40,000 nucleotides of DNA from Streptomyces sp. NPDC005262. Lineage in GTDB: Bacteria > Actinomycetota > Actinomycetes > Streptomycetales > Streptomycetaceae. Both the position numbers and the translations under genes were made by a program. The notes beneath the pieces were generated by a model. The model saw nothing but the letters and a program-made list of their open reading frames with translations. It made no database searches and was not told the DNA's origin. The stretch is taken from contig NZ_JBIAKK010000002.1 in NCBI RefSeq assembly GCF_042872425.1, positions 224,785 through 264,784 on the forward strand, written 5' to 3'. Below, piece after piece: positions 15,998 to 25,027 of this stretch (position 1 is its first letter; every line of letters starts with the position of its first letter).

Positions 15998-18502
15998 TCA
16001 GCGGGCGTTGCGTACGGCGAGGGCTCGGCGCAGGTCGTCGATCTGGTCGGTGAGTTTGCGGTGGAGGGCGGGGATGAGGGTGGGGTCGTTCAGGGCTTGT
16101 TCGCCGTGGTGCAGGTTGTCGGTGTCGATGGCGTAGTGGGGGAAGGCGTAGCGGCCTGCGGCTTCGGCGATGGCGGGGCCGCGGCGGGCGGCGAGTGCGG
16201 TGGCTTCGGGGTAGTAGCGGGGGACGTAGTCGTGGACGAGGTCGGCCTGTTCGGGTTGCCAGAAGCCTTGGGCGGTGGCGCTGAAGAGGTAGTTGGAGAG
16301 GGTGTCGTCGTTGAACAGGCTGTGCCAGGCGGTGGCTTTGGCTTCGGGGGTGGGGAGGGCGGCGCGGCAGCGGGCGGCGCCTTCCTGGCCGGTGGCGCTG
16401 GGGTCGTGCCGGAGCTCGGTGGCGATGGTGGTTTCGTCGGTGGCGCCGAGCACGGCGAGTCGGGTGAGGATGCGCCAGCGGAGTTCGGGGTCGAGTTCGG
16501 GGCCGCCGGGGACGCTGCCGTCGGTGAGCCAGTCCTGGATGGTGTCGGGTTGGGTGGCCGCGTCGATGAGGTGGCGTACGGCGGTGAGGCGGAGGCCGGG
16601 GTTGGTGCCGTCCTCGGTGCGGCGGATGAGGTCGCGGCAGAGGTCGGTGAGGGTGGCGTGGGCGGCGGGGCGGTTGTCGGGGGTGGTGTAGCGGCGGGTG
16701 ATCTGGGTGTCGGCGAAGGTGAGGACGCCTTGGACGAGGGCGAGGTCGGTCTCGTGCGGGAGGTGGGTGCGGGCTGTGCGGAGGTAGGTGTCGGGGTGGA
16801 GTTCGCCGTCGCGGACCATGTCGCGGGCGGCATTCCAGATGACGGCTCGGGTGAGGGCGTCGGGGATGCCGGAGAGGGTCTGGAGTGCGGTGTTCCAGGA
16901 TTCGGGGTCGAGGCGGACTTTGGCGTAGGTGAGGTCGTTGTCGTTGGGGACGACGAGGGCGGGGCGGCGCCCGGTGTGGTTCTTGGCGGTGTTGTTGTGG
17001 GGGACGTCCAGTTCGAAGCGGTCGCGCAGGATGAGGCGGTCGGGTCCTGGCTGGGTGTCGACGGCGTGGTCATAGGCGCCGACGGCGATGCGGTGGGGGC
17101 GGTGGCCGTGCTGGTCGATGGTGATGGACCAGGCGCCGTCGGATTCTTCGACGTGGGGGGTGAGGGTGTCGACGCCGGTGGTGCGGAGCCATTGTTCGGC
17201 CCAGGCGTGGACGTCGCGGTCGGTGGCTGAGGCGAGGTTGTCGATGAAGTCGGCGAGGGTGGCGTTGGCGAATTTGTGTCGGGCGAAGTGGGTGTTGATG
17301 CCGCTGAGGAAGTCTTTTTCGCCCAGCCAGGTGACGAGTTGACGCAGGGCCGATGCGCCCTTGGCGTAGGAGATGCCGTCGAAGTTGAGCATGGCGGACG
17401 CGGTGTCCGGGACGGCGCCGGGGTCGGGGGCGACGGGGTGGGTGGAGGGGCGTTGGTCGGCGTCGTATCCCCATCCCTTGCGGGCTACGCCGAAGTCGAC
17501 CCAGGTGTCGGTGAAGCGGGTGGCTTCGGTGAGGGTCTGGTAGCCCATGTATTCGGCGAACGACTCGTTGAGCCAGATGTCGTCCCACCAGGCGAGGGTG
17601 ACGAGGTCGCCGAACCACATGTGGGCCATTTCGTGGGCGATGACCATGGCGCGGGTCTGGCGTTCGGTGTCGGTGACCGCTGAGCGGTAGATGAATTCGT
17701 CGCGGAAGGTGACGAGCCCGGGGTTCTCCATGGCGCCGGCGTTGAATTCGGGGACGAAGGCCTGGTCGTAGGAGTCGAAGGGGTAGGGCTCGTCGAATTT
17801 CTCGTGGTAGCGGTCGAAGCAGGCGCGGGTGATGTCGAGGATTTCGTCGGCGTCGGCGTCGAGGTGGGGGGCGAGGGAGCGGCGGCAGTGGATGCCGAAG
17901 GGCAGTCCGGCGTGCTGGGTGGCGACGGAGTGCCAGGGGCCGGCGGCGACGGCGACGAGGTAGGTGGAGATCAGTGGTGTCGGGGCGATGGTCCACTGGC
18001 CGTTGCCGGTGTGTTCGGCGATGCCGTTGCCGAGGACGGTCCAGTCCTCGGGGGCGGTGACGGTGAGGGCGAAGACGGATTTGAGGTCGGGCTGGTCGAA
18101 TGCGGCGAAGACGCGTTGGACGTCTTCCATGAAGAGCTGGGTGTAGAGGTACGTTTCGCCGTCGGTGGGGTCGGTGAAGCGGTGCATGCCTTCACCGGTG
18201 CGGGAGTAGCGCATGGCGGCGTCGATGCGCAGTTCGTGCGGGCCGGCGGTGAGTGCGGTGAGGGGGTACCGGTTCTCGGTGAGGTCGGCGGGGTCGAGGG
18301 GGTGTCCGTCGAGGCTGATGGAGCGCAGGGTGGCGGGCTTGAGTTCGACGAAGGTGTCTCCGGCCGCGAGTGCGGTGAACTGGATGACGGTGCGTGAGTC
18401 GAAGGTGTCCTCACCCGTGGTCAGATCGAGGTCGATCGTGTACCGGTGTACGTCGAGGAACTGGGCTCGGGTCTGCGCTTCGTTGCGCGTCAGTACGGAC
18501 AT
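15998..18502 (-). CDS. pepN: Aminopeptidase N (M1 family)
   Basis: The listed ORF runs to 19117, but the conserved protein starts at ATG 18502 (MSVLTRNEAQTRAQFLDV...). Motifs are GAMEN (NAGAMENPG), HEMAHMWFGD and WLNESFAEY. Length is 834 aa. Confidence 0.9.
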   Translation of the reverse strand: MSVLTRNEAQTRAQFLDVHRYTIDLDLTTGEDTFDSRTVIQFTALAAGDTFVELKPATLRSISLDGHPLDPADLTENRYPLTALTAGPHELRIDAAMRYSRTGEGMHRFTDPTDGETYLYTQLFMEDVQRVFAAFDQPDLKSVFALTVTAPEDWTVLGNGIAEHTGNGQWTIAPTPLISTYLVAVAAGPWHSVATQHAGLPFGIHCRRSLAPHLDADADEILDITRACFDRYHEKFDEPYPFDSYDQAFVPEFNAGAMENPGLVTFRDEFIYRSAVTDTERQTRAMVIAHEMAHMWFGDLVTLAWWDDIWLNESFAEYMGYQTLTEATRFTDTWVDFGVARKGWGYDADQRPSTHPVAPDPGAVPDTASAMLNFDGISYAKGASALRQLVTWLGEKDFLSGINTHFARHKFANATLADFIDNLASATDRDVHAWAEQWLRTTGVDTLTPHVEESDGAWSITIDQHGHRPHRIAVGAYDHAVDTQPGPDRLILRDRFELDVPHNNTAKNHTGRRPALVVPNDNDLTYAKVRLDPESWNTALQTLSGIPDALTRAVIWNAARDMVRDGELHPDTYLRTARTHLPHETDLALVQGVLTFADTQITRRYTTPDNRPAAHATLTDLCRDLIRRTEDGTNPGLRLTAVRHLIDAATQPDTIQDWLTDGSVPGGPELDPELRWRILTRLAVLGATDETTIATELRHDPSATGQEGAARCRAALPTPEAKATAWHSLFNDDTLSNYLFSATAQGFWQPEQADLVHDYVPRYYPEATALAARRGPAIAEAAGRYAFPHYAIDTDNLHHGEQALNDPTLIPALHRKLTDQIDDLRRALAVRNAR

Positions 18503-18665
18503 GGATCCATGCTGCCGCATGGCGTAGGGGGTGCGCAGTGGGGTTCTCGCAGGGCTGAGTGCGCGGTGGGCGGGGTGCGGTGGGGGTGGGCGGCTGCGCG
18601 GCTGCCGGTGGCCGTTGAGGGCTAAGATTCTTACCCATTGTGTTCCTGCACGGAGGGTGCCCGGG

Positions 18666-19208
18666 ATGGCGAAGAAGACGGCTTCCGCGACGCGGCAGGA
18701 TGCGGTGGCGTCGATCGTGGAGGACTGGCGGCGGGAGCGGCCGGAACTGGATACGGCTCCGCTGGAGGTGTTCGGCCGGCTGCATCGGGCGTTCTTGCGG
18801 TACAGCGCGGCGATTTCGCGGCCGGTGGAGCGCAAGGGCCTGTCGATGGCGGGTTTCGATGTGCTGACCGCGTTGCGCAGGGCGGGTGCGCCGTTTCGTC
18901 GTACGGCGGGTGAGCTGGCGGATTCCGGGCTGATCAGTTCGGCCGGTGTGACGTTGCGGATCGACCGGCTGGAGAAGGACGGGCTGATTCTGCGGGAGCG
19001 GGATCCGCAGGACCGTCGGGTGGTGCATTCGCGGTTGACGGATGAGGGGCTGTCGACGATCGACGAGTTGTTCTCGGAGCATCTGGAGAACGAGCGGCGG
19101 ATGCTGGCGGGGCTCACTCCTGCGGAGTGCCGGCAGTTGGCGCGGTTGTTGGAGAAGTTGGAGCGGTCTGTGCTGGCGGCGGAGGAGGGGGCGGGCGAGG
19201 AAGGGTAG
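18666..19208 (+). CDS. MarR-family transcriptional regulator
   Basis: The ATG 18666 start (MAKKTASATRQDAVASIVEDW...) gives 180 aa with a winged-HTH core (LSMAGFDVLTALRRAG...LTLRIDRLEKDGLILRERDPQDRRVV). It is divergent from pepN. Confidence 0.85.
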   Translation: MAKKTASATRQDAVASIVEDWRRERPELDTAPLEVFGRLHRAFLRYSAAISRPVERKGLSMAGFDVLTALRRAGAPFRRTAGELADSGLISSAGVTLRIDRLEKDGLILRERDPQDRRVVHSRLTDEGLSTIDELFSEHLENERRMLAGLTPAECRQLARLLEKLERSVLAAEEGAGEEG

Positions 19209-19312
19209 GGCCGGGGTCGCCTGGTGGCCGCCTTCTCCTCGACAGCCGGATGTGCTCGATCTGCCGGACGGGTTCGGAGTTGCCCGGCCGGGCCGGTGCG
19301 TGAACGTCGATC

Positions 19313-19345
19313 GCCGGGCGGGCTCGGTGCTCGAGCTCGCCCGGC
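19313..19345 (+). terminator. Hairpin terminator after marR
   Basis: A 13-bp stem pairs gccgggcgggctc with gagctcgcccggc (one G-U) around a 7-nt loop. A T-rich stretch (ttctttgt) lies 10-17 nt downstream. It sits between convergent genes. Confidence 0.55.
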
Positions 19346-19375
19346 GATCGGACCGTTCTTTGTCTCGGAGGTGGC

Positions 19376-20449
19376 TCAGCCGGTGGTGTCCGCTTTGGCC
19401 TGGGCCTCTGCTTCCGTGCGGTACATGCGGCGGACGCGGACGACGCCCAGGTCGTGCTGGTACAGGTTCTCGGCCTGGTCGGCGTCGCTGCGGAGTTCTT
19501 CGAGCATGATCCGGTCCTGTTCGAGGACGTCCCAGTGGCGGTCCTCAAGCACGGTCTTGTAGAGGAAGCGCCAGGTGTCGCGCTGCCAGTCGGTGACGCG
19601 GCGGTAGCGCCAGAAGAACACGGCGCAGCGGTCCTCGTCGATGGGGGTGGCCATGCCGACGATGCCGAACGGGCCGCCGGGGCCGGCGGTGGGCGGGTAC
19701 GGGATGGTCAGGTCGACCCAGTCGATGCCGGTGCGGCAGAGCTCGACCCAGTCGAAGTTCACGCCGCTCTGGTCGGTCTTCTCGAAGAAGAAGCCGCGTT
19801 CGGTCTCGCGGATCCGGAAGCGTGCGGTGGTCTGCCCTTCGGACATGCTGTGCGAGTCGCGGTGCAGGAACGATCCGTGCATGGGGTCGAGGAGGTTCTC
19901 GACGGCGTAGCGCCAGTTGACGTTCCACTCCGCGTAGCACAGGAAGGCCGAGACGTCGGGGTCGGTGAGCTGTTCCGGCAGGACGAGGGGGGCCGGTTCG
20001 GGGTGCTCGTTGTCGCCGAAGTAGGCGAGGATCGCGCCGCCGGCCTCGATGACGTGGGGTGCGGCGACGAGCTGTTTGCCTTCGAGGTTGCAGCCGGGCA
20101 GGCCGGGTACGGCGGCGACGGTGCCGGTGCCGTCGACCTGGACGCCGTGGTACCAGCAGGCGATCCGGTCGCCGAGGTGTTTGCCGAGGGAGAGCCGGGC
20201 GCCGCGGTGGGGGCAGCGGTCCTCGAGCATGTGGAGGGTGCCGTCGGCTCGGCGGAAGAGGAGCCATTCCTCACCGAGGAGCGTGACGCGCTTCATGCCG
20301 CCGGCGGGGACGGAGCCGGAGGGGCAGACGGCGTACCACTGGTTGCGTATGCCGGTGGTGAAGAGGCGGTCGGCGGTGCGGTTGCCGGGGCGGGCGACTT
20401 CGGAGGGCCGGGTGGGCTCGCCGGTGTGTGTTGCGGTGTCGGTGGTCAT
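19376..20449 (-). CDS. Rieske [2Fe-2S] non-heme-iron oxygenase, class IA (VanA/phthalate-family-like) catalytic subunit
   Basis: 357 aa. The Rieske motif is CPHRGARLSLG...CWYHG. The mononuclear-iron region is NLLDPMHGSFLHRDSH. Confidence 0.85.
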   Translation of the reverse strand: MTTDTATHTGEPTRPSEVARPGNRTADRLFTTGIRNQWYAVCPSGSVPAGGMKRVTLLGEEWLLFRRADGTLHMLEDRCPHRGARLSLGKHLGDRIACWYHGVQVDGTGTVAAVPGLPGCNLEGKQLVAAPHVIEAGGAILAYFGDNEHPEPAPLVLPEQLTDPDVSAFLCYAEWNVNWRYAVENLLDPMHGSFLHRDSHSMSEGQTTARFRIRETERGFFFEKTDQSGVNFDWVELCRTGIDWVDLTIPYPPTAGPGGPFGIVGMATPIDEDRCAVFFWRYRRVTDWQRDTWRFLYKTVLEDRHWDVLEQDRIMLEELRSDADQAENLYQHDLGVVRVRRMYRTEAEAQAKADTTG

Positions 20450-20456
20450 GGTCGTT

Positions 20457-20678
20457 TCACGCTCCCAGTCGTCGCATCTCGGTGCGGAAGGTGTCCTCGG
20501 TCCACGGGTTGCCGTCGGGGGCGGGCAGGTCGCGGGCGTTGAGTCCGGCGACGAGGCCGGGCAGGTCGTGGGTGCCGCTGCCGAAGACGTCCTCGATCAC
20601 CGCGGCGAGTTTCTTCTCGTACGGGGTGGGGTCGGCGGTGCGTGCCTGGTGGGGGTTGAGGTACTGCGGGGTGGTCAT
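20457..20678 (-). CDS. Small conserved-looking hypothetical protein (73 aa) between the oxygenase and its reductase
   Basis: GGGAG lies 6 nt upstream of the ATG. Gaps to the neighbouring genes are 7 and 22 nt. Codon usage matches the operon. I recognise no motif. Confidence 0.5.
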   Translation of the reverse strand: MTTPQYLNPHQARTADPTPYEKKLAAVIEDVFGSGTHDLPGLVAGLNARDLPAPDGNPWTEDTFRTEMRRLGA

Positions 20679-20700
20679 GTCGGCTCCCTTCGGGGGTGGT

Positions 20701-21666
20701 TCAGAGGTCGAGGACGAGACGCGGGGTGCAGGCGCGGGAGACGCAGAGCATCATCGAGGCGCCGGCGGCCTTCTCGGTGTCGGAGAGCAGGAAGTCCCGG
20801 TGGTCGGGGGTGCCTTCGAGGACTTTGGTCTCGCAGGTGCCGCAGATGCCGTCGCGGCAGGAGGAGGGTACGGAGATTCCGGCGCCTTCGAGTGCGTCCA
20901 GGACCGTGGTGTCGGGGCCGACCTGGACGGTGGTTCCGGTGCGGGAGCAGACGACGTCGAAGCCGGTGTCCTCTCCGTCGCGGGGGGCTGCCGTCGGGGC
21001 GGCGAAGCGTTCCGTGCGGGCGGTGGGGCAGCGTTCCTCGACGGCGGCGAGGAGGGGTTCCGGTCCGCAGCAGTAGACCTGGGTGTCTGCGGGGAGGTCG
21101 CCGAGGAGGGTGTCGAGGTCGATGTGGCCCTGTTCGTCCTGGGGGACGAACTCGACCGATCCGCCGGGAAGTTCGGCGAGTGCGGTGAGTTCGGTACCGA
21201 AGGCCATGGACGTGCGGGTGCGGCCGCCGTGGACGAGGCGCCATGGGACGGCGCGGCGGGACGCTTCGCGGGCCATGGCGAGGATCGGGGTGATGCCGAT
21301 GCCGCCTGCGATGAAGAGGAAGCTGCAGGCGTCGTGGTCGGCGTCGAGTTCGAAGTGGTTGCGGGGGCCTTGGACGCGGAGGGTCTGGCCGGGCCGTAGC
21401 TGGGTGTGGATGTGGGCGGAGCCGCCGCGGGATGCGGGCTCCTTGAGGATGCCGATGCGCCAGTGGGTGGGGTCGGCGGGGTCGGAGCACAGCGAGTACT
21501 GGCGGATGTGGCCGCCGGTGTGTACGTCGATGTGGGCGCCGGGGGTCCAGGCGGGGAGGGGGGTGCCGTCCGGGTGGGTGAGTTCGATGCCGAGGACGCC
21601 GTCGGCTTCCCAGGTCATGCGGTGGACGAGCAGGTCGAGCTGGGGTTCTTGTCCGGTGGTGGTCAT
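20701..21666 (-). CDS. PDR/VanB-family oxidoreductase (FMN + NAD(P)H + C-terminal plant-type 2Fe-2S)
   Basis: 321 aa. The FMN motif is IRQYSL. The C-terminal ferredoxin is SCRDGICGTCETKV...MMLCVSR. The start overlaps the ThDP enzyme's stop (ATGA). Confidence 0.85.
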   Translation of the reverse strand: MTTTGQEPQLDLLVHRMTWEADGVLGIELTHPDGTPLPAWTPGAHIDVHTGGHIRQYSLCSDPADPTHWRIGILKEPASRGGSAHIHTQLRPGQTLRVQGPRNHFELDADHDACSFLFIAGGIGITPILAMAREASRRAVPWRLVHGGRTRTSMAFGTELTALAELPGGSVEFVPQDEQGHIDLDTLLGDLPADTQVYCCGPEPLLAAVEERCPTARTERFAAPTAAPRDGEDTGFDVVCSRTGTTVQVGPDTTVLDALEGAGISVPSSCRDGICGTCETKVLEGTPDHRDFLLSDTEKAAGASMMLCVSRACTPRLVLDL

Positions 21667-23324
21667 CGCGGGTCGCCTCCTTGTCCGGTGGCGGTCGAGG
21701 GGAGCTTGACGGGCGGGGTGAATGGCGTGTTCATCGGGCCGAGTGCGGCGAGGTCGATCTCGACGAGGGTGGGGCCGTCGGAGGCGGTGGCTGCCTTGAT
21801 GACGGGGCCCGCGTCGGCTTCGGTGGCGATCCGGGCGTACGGGAGTCCGACGGCGGCGGCGAGCGCCGCGAAGTCGGGGGTGGTGAGGTCCACTCCGGAG
21901 CGGCGGGGGAAGTGGGTGTCCTGCATGTTGCGCAGGACGCCGTAGCCTCCGTCGTTGAAGACGAGGAGGGTGAGGCGGGGCTTCTCCTGGGCGAGGGTGA
22001 GGAGTTCGCCGAGGTGGACGGCGAGGCCGCCGTCGCCTGCGATGACGACGGTGGGGGTACCGGGGCGGCCGAGTGCGGCGCCGATGCCCATGGCGAGGCC
22101 TTGTCCGATGCCTCCGCCGCGGGGGAAGACGTTGGTCGCCGGGTCGGTGATCTCCAGCAGCCGGTTTCCCCAGGTGGAGGAGGGGATGGTGACGTCGCGG
22201 GCGATGACGGATGCGGGCGGGCAGGCGTCGCGGATCGCGTCGTTGACTGCGGCCTGCGGGCCGATCGCGTGCCGCTGGGCGCTGCGGGCGTCGTTACGGG
22301 CCTTGCGTACGCGGGCCGGCCAGTCCGTCTCCGTGCCGCTGCTGCTGATGCGTTCCAGGAGGGCCGTGAGGACGGCGGCCGCGTCGCCGTGCAGGGCGCA
22401 GGTGGCCGGGTAGACGCGGCCGGGAGCGGCCGGGTCGAGGTCCAGCTGGATGTGTGCCGACGGCAGTTCGAGGCTGTAGTCGGCGGTCTCGTTGGAGCGG
22501 AAGTGGGTGCCGATGGAGAGCAGCACGTCGGCTTCGGCGAGAAGGGCGCGTCCGGCGGGGGCGGTGGCGTAGTTGCCGAGGACGCGTTCGTCGGACTCGG
22601 GCACGGAGCCGCGGCCGGAGTTGGAGGTGACGAGTCCGGCGTTCAGCGCGTCGAGGAGTGCGGCGAGTTCGGGGCGGGCGCTGTTGGCTCCGCCGCCGGC
22701 CCAGACGAGGGGGCGGTGTGCGGCGGCGAGGAGGGCCGCGGCCTCGTCGAGGAGTGCCGGGTCGGGCAGGGCCGGGGGTGAGCTGACCGGTACGGGGGTG
22801 CCGGTCAGCTGCTGGGGGGCGAACTGCAGGTCGATGGGCCATTCGACGCTGACGGGGCCGTGCGGGGCGGTGAGGGCGCGGGCGGCGGCGTCGCGGAGGA
22901 TGTCGCCCGCGTCGGCGGCGTCGGTCACGGTGACGGCGTGGGTGGAGACCGCGCGGAGCATGCCGAGCTGGTCCTTGGTCTCGTGGATGAAGCCGCGTCC
23001 GGAGCCGAGGTATTCGCTGTCGATCTGGCCGGTGATGTGGAGGACGGGGGTGCCGGAGCTGAGGGACTCGATGAGGGAGCCGGCTGCGTTGCCCGCCCCG
23101 GTGCCGGTGCTGGTGAGGGCGCAGCCGAGGCGTCCGGTGGCGCGGGCGTATCCGTCGGCCGCGTTGACCGCGGCGGCTTCGTGGCGCACGGGGACGAAGC
23201 GCAGGTCGCGGTCCACGGCTTCGACGAGCGGCAGGTTGTGCACGCTGACGATGCCGAACACCGTGTCGACGCCGAGTCCGCGCAGCGTCTCGACGAGCAG
23301 GTCGCCGCCGTTGGGTTGGGTCAT
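21663..23324 (-). CDS. Thiamine-diphosphate-dependent enzyme (acetolactate-synthase / benzoylformate-decarboxylase superfamily)
   Basis: 553 aa. The N-terminal Pyr domain has GDLLVETLRGLGVDTVFGI. The ThDP motif is IAGDGGLAVHLGELLT...VFNDGGYG. Confidence 0.85.
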   Translation of the reverse strand: MTQPNGGDLLVETLRGLGVDTVFGIVSVHNLPLVEAVDRDLRFVPVRHEAAAVNAADGYARATGRLGCALTSTGTGAGNAAGSLIESLSSGTPVLHITGQIDSEYLGSGRGFIHETKDQLGMLRAVSTHAVTVTDAADAGDILRDAAARALTAPHGPVSVEWPIDLQFAPQQLTGTPVPVSSPPALPDPALLDEAAALLAAAHRPLVWAGGGANSARPELAALLDALNAGLVTSNSGRGSVPESDERVLGNYATAPAGRALLAEADVLLSIGTHFRSNETADYSLELPSAHIQLDLDPAAPGRVYPATCALHGDAAAVLTALLERISSSGTETDWPARVRKARNDARSAQRHAIGPQAAVNDAIRDACPPASVIARDVTIPSSTWGNRLLEITDPATNVFPRGGGIGQGLAMGIGAALGRPGTPTVVIAGDGGLAVHLGELLTLAQEKPRLTLLVFNDGGYGVLRNMQDTHFPRRSGVDLTTPDFAALAAAVGLPYARIATEADAGPVIKAATASDGPTLVEIDLAALGPMNTPFTPPVKLPSTATGQGGDPR

Positions 23325-23370
23325 GTCGTTGCGCTCCTGAGGTACGTGAACGGGGGGTGGGGGGTGGGTG

Positions 23371-24156
23371 TTATGCGATGGATCGGTTGACGCCGCCGCA
23401 CACGTCGACGGTGGTGCCGGTGATGTACGAGGCCCGGGGTGAGAGCAGGGTGGTGACGGCGTACGCGACTTCGTCGGCGTTGCCGAGGCGACCGAGTGCG
23501 ATGCCCCGGTCGGCGGCGAGTTCGGCCTGCCAGGCGGCGTAGTCGAGGGGGCTGCCGGATGCCGCGTAGCGGCGTTCCCACTGTCCGGTGTCGACGAGGC
23601 CGAGGCAGACGGAGTTGACGCGGATGCCGTCGGGGGCGAGCTCCTTCGACAGGGAGGTCGAGAGGTTGAGGATGCCGGCGCGGGCGGCGCTGGTGGTCAT
23701 CAGCCGCGTCTCGGGCTGTTTGGCGAGTACGGCGTTGATGTTGACGACGGAGGCGTTGCCGGACTTGCGCAGGTGGGGCAGGGCGGCGTGGAGGGGGTTG
23801 AGGACGCCGAAGAATTTGAGTTCGAGTTCGTCGCGCCAGTCGTCGGCGGTGGTCTCGGCGAAGGGTTTCATCCGGGAGGCGCCGGCGTTGTTGACGAGTC
23901 CGTCGAGGCCGCCGAAGCGGTCGGCGGCTTCTTCGGTGAACGCTTTGACTGCCGCTTCGTCGCGTACGTCGCAGGGGGCGTGGTGGAGCCTGTCCGGTCC
24001 GGCGAGTCCGTCGAGGGCGGTGGCGAGGGCGTCGGCGCGGCGGCCGCAGGTGGCGACGCGGGCGCCTTCGGCGAGCAGCATGCGGACCGTGGCGAGGCCG
24101 ACGCCGGAGCTGCCGCCGGTGACGAGGATGCTGCGGTCGGCGAGGCCGAGGTCCAT
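23371..24156 (-). CDS. SDR-family protein with a degenerate catalytic motif
   Basis: 261 aa. The Rossmann motif is VTGGSSGVGLAT. Where YxxxK is expected I read MTTSAARAG, and where the catalytic Ser is expected I read NINAV. Confidence 0.8.
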   Translation of the reverse strand: MDLGLADRSILVTGGSSGVGLATVRMLLAEGARVATCGRRADALATALDGLAGPDRLHHAPCDVRDEAAVKAFTEEAADRFGGLDGLVNNAGASRMKPFAETTADDWRDELELKFFGVLNPLHAALPHLRKSGNASVVNINAVLAKQPETRLMTTSAARAGILNLSTSLSKELAPDGIRVNSVCLGLVDTGQWERRYAASGSPLDYAAWQAELAADRGIALGRLGNADEVAYAVTTLLSPRASYITGTTVDVCGGVNRSIA

Positions 24157-24250
24157 CTCGTACTCCTTGGTGTGAGGGGGTGTTCCGGGGCGGTCGCCGC
24201 ACCGGAGCCCCGTGGGGGGGGTGGTCCGGTGCGGCAGGGTGCCCGCGGGG

Positions 24251-25027
24251 TCAGTGCATGGTGAAGCCGCCGTTGACGGCGAAGGTCTGGCCGGTGATGT
24301 AGCCGGACTCGTCGCCGACGAGGAAGGCGATCAGGCCGACCAGGTCCGCCGGTTGCTGGGGCCGGGAGATCGCCCGGTTCAGCCGGTACAGCTCGTGCCG
24401 TTCGGCGGGGATGTCGACGGAGGACTCCCCCTCGGTCAGTCCGGGGGCGACCGCGTTGACGGTGATGCCGACGTCTCCGGTCTCGCGGGCCATGGCCCGG
24501 GTCAGGGAGATGACGGCGCCCTTGGAGGCGATGTAGTGGGCGAGGCGGGGTGACCCGTACAGCGCCGCGTCCGAGGCGAGGTTGACGATCCGGCCGCCGC
24601 CGCCCGCCTTCATGAGCGGCAGGAGGGCGCGGGCGACGAGCCAGGGACCGCGGGCGTTGACCGTCATGATGCGGTCCCACGCCTCCACGTCGATCTCGTG
24701 GAACGGTTTCCCGCCGACCGCGTTGGCCAGACCGGCGTTGTTGACCAGGCCGTGGAGCCTGGTGCCGTCGCCGGCGAGGGTGGCGGCGAGGGCGTCGACG
24801 GAGTTCGGGTCGGCGACGTCGAGCGGGTGGAAGTCGGCGGTGATGCCGTCGGCGCGCAGGTCGTCGGCGGCCCGCTTGCCGGTCCGTTCGTCGAGTTCGG
24901 CGATGACGACGCGGTAGCCGTCGGAGCCGATCCGGCGGGCCGCGGCCAGTCCGAGGCCGCGGCCGGCGCCGGTGACGACGACCGTACGAGAACCGTCCGC
25001 TGTGCGGGGGGTGTCGTCGGCGGCCAT
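24251..25027 (-). CDS. SDR-family oxidoreductase (classical)
   Basis: 258 aa. Motifs are VTGAGRGLGLAAA, NNAG, and the Ser...YIASK catalytic set. Confidence 0.85.
   Translation of the reverse strand: MAADDTPRTADGSRTVVVTGAGRGLGLAAARRIGSDGYRVVIAELDERTGKRAADDLRADGITADFHPLDVADPNSVDALAATLAGDGTRLHGLVNNAGLANAVGGKPFHEIDVEAWDRIMTVNARGPWLVARALLPLMKAGGGGRIVNLASDAALYGSPRLAHYIASKGAVISLTRAMARETGDVGITVNAVAPGLTEGESSVDIPAERHELYRLNRAISRPQQPADLVGLIAFLVGDESGYITGQTFAVNGGFTMH

Noticed and set aside
18503-19117. N-terminal 205-codon extension of pepN (listed ORF 15998-19117)
   Set aside because: The extension is Arg/Ser/Pro-rich and runs antisense through the MarR gene and the divergent promoter. The conserved PepN N-terminus begins at ATG 18502.
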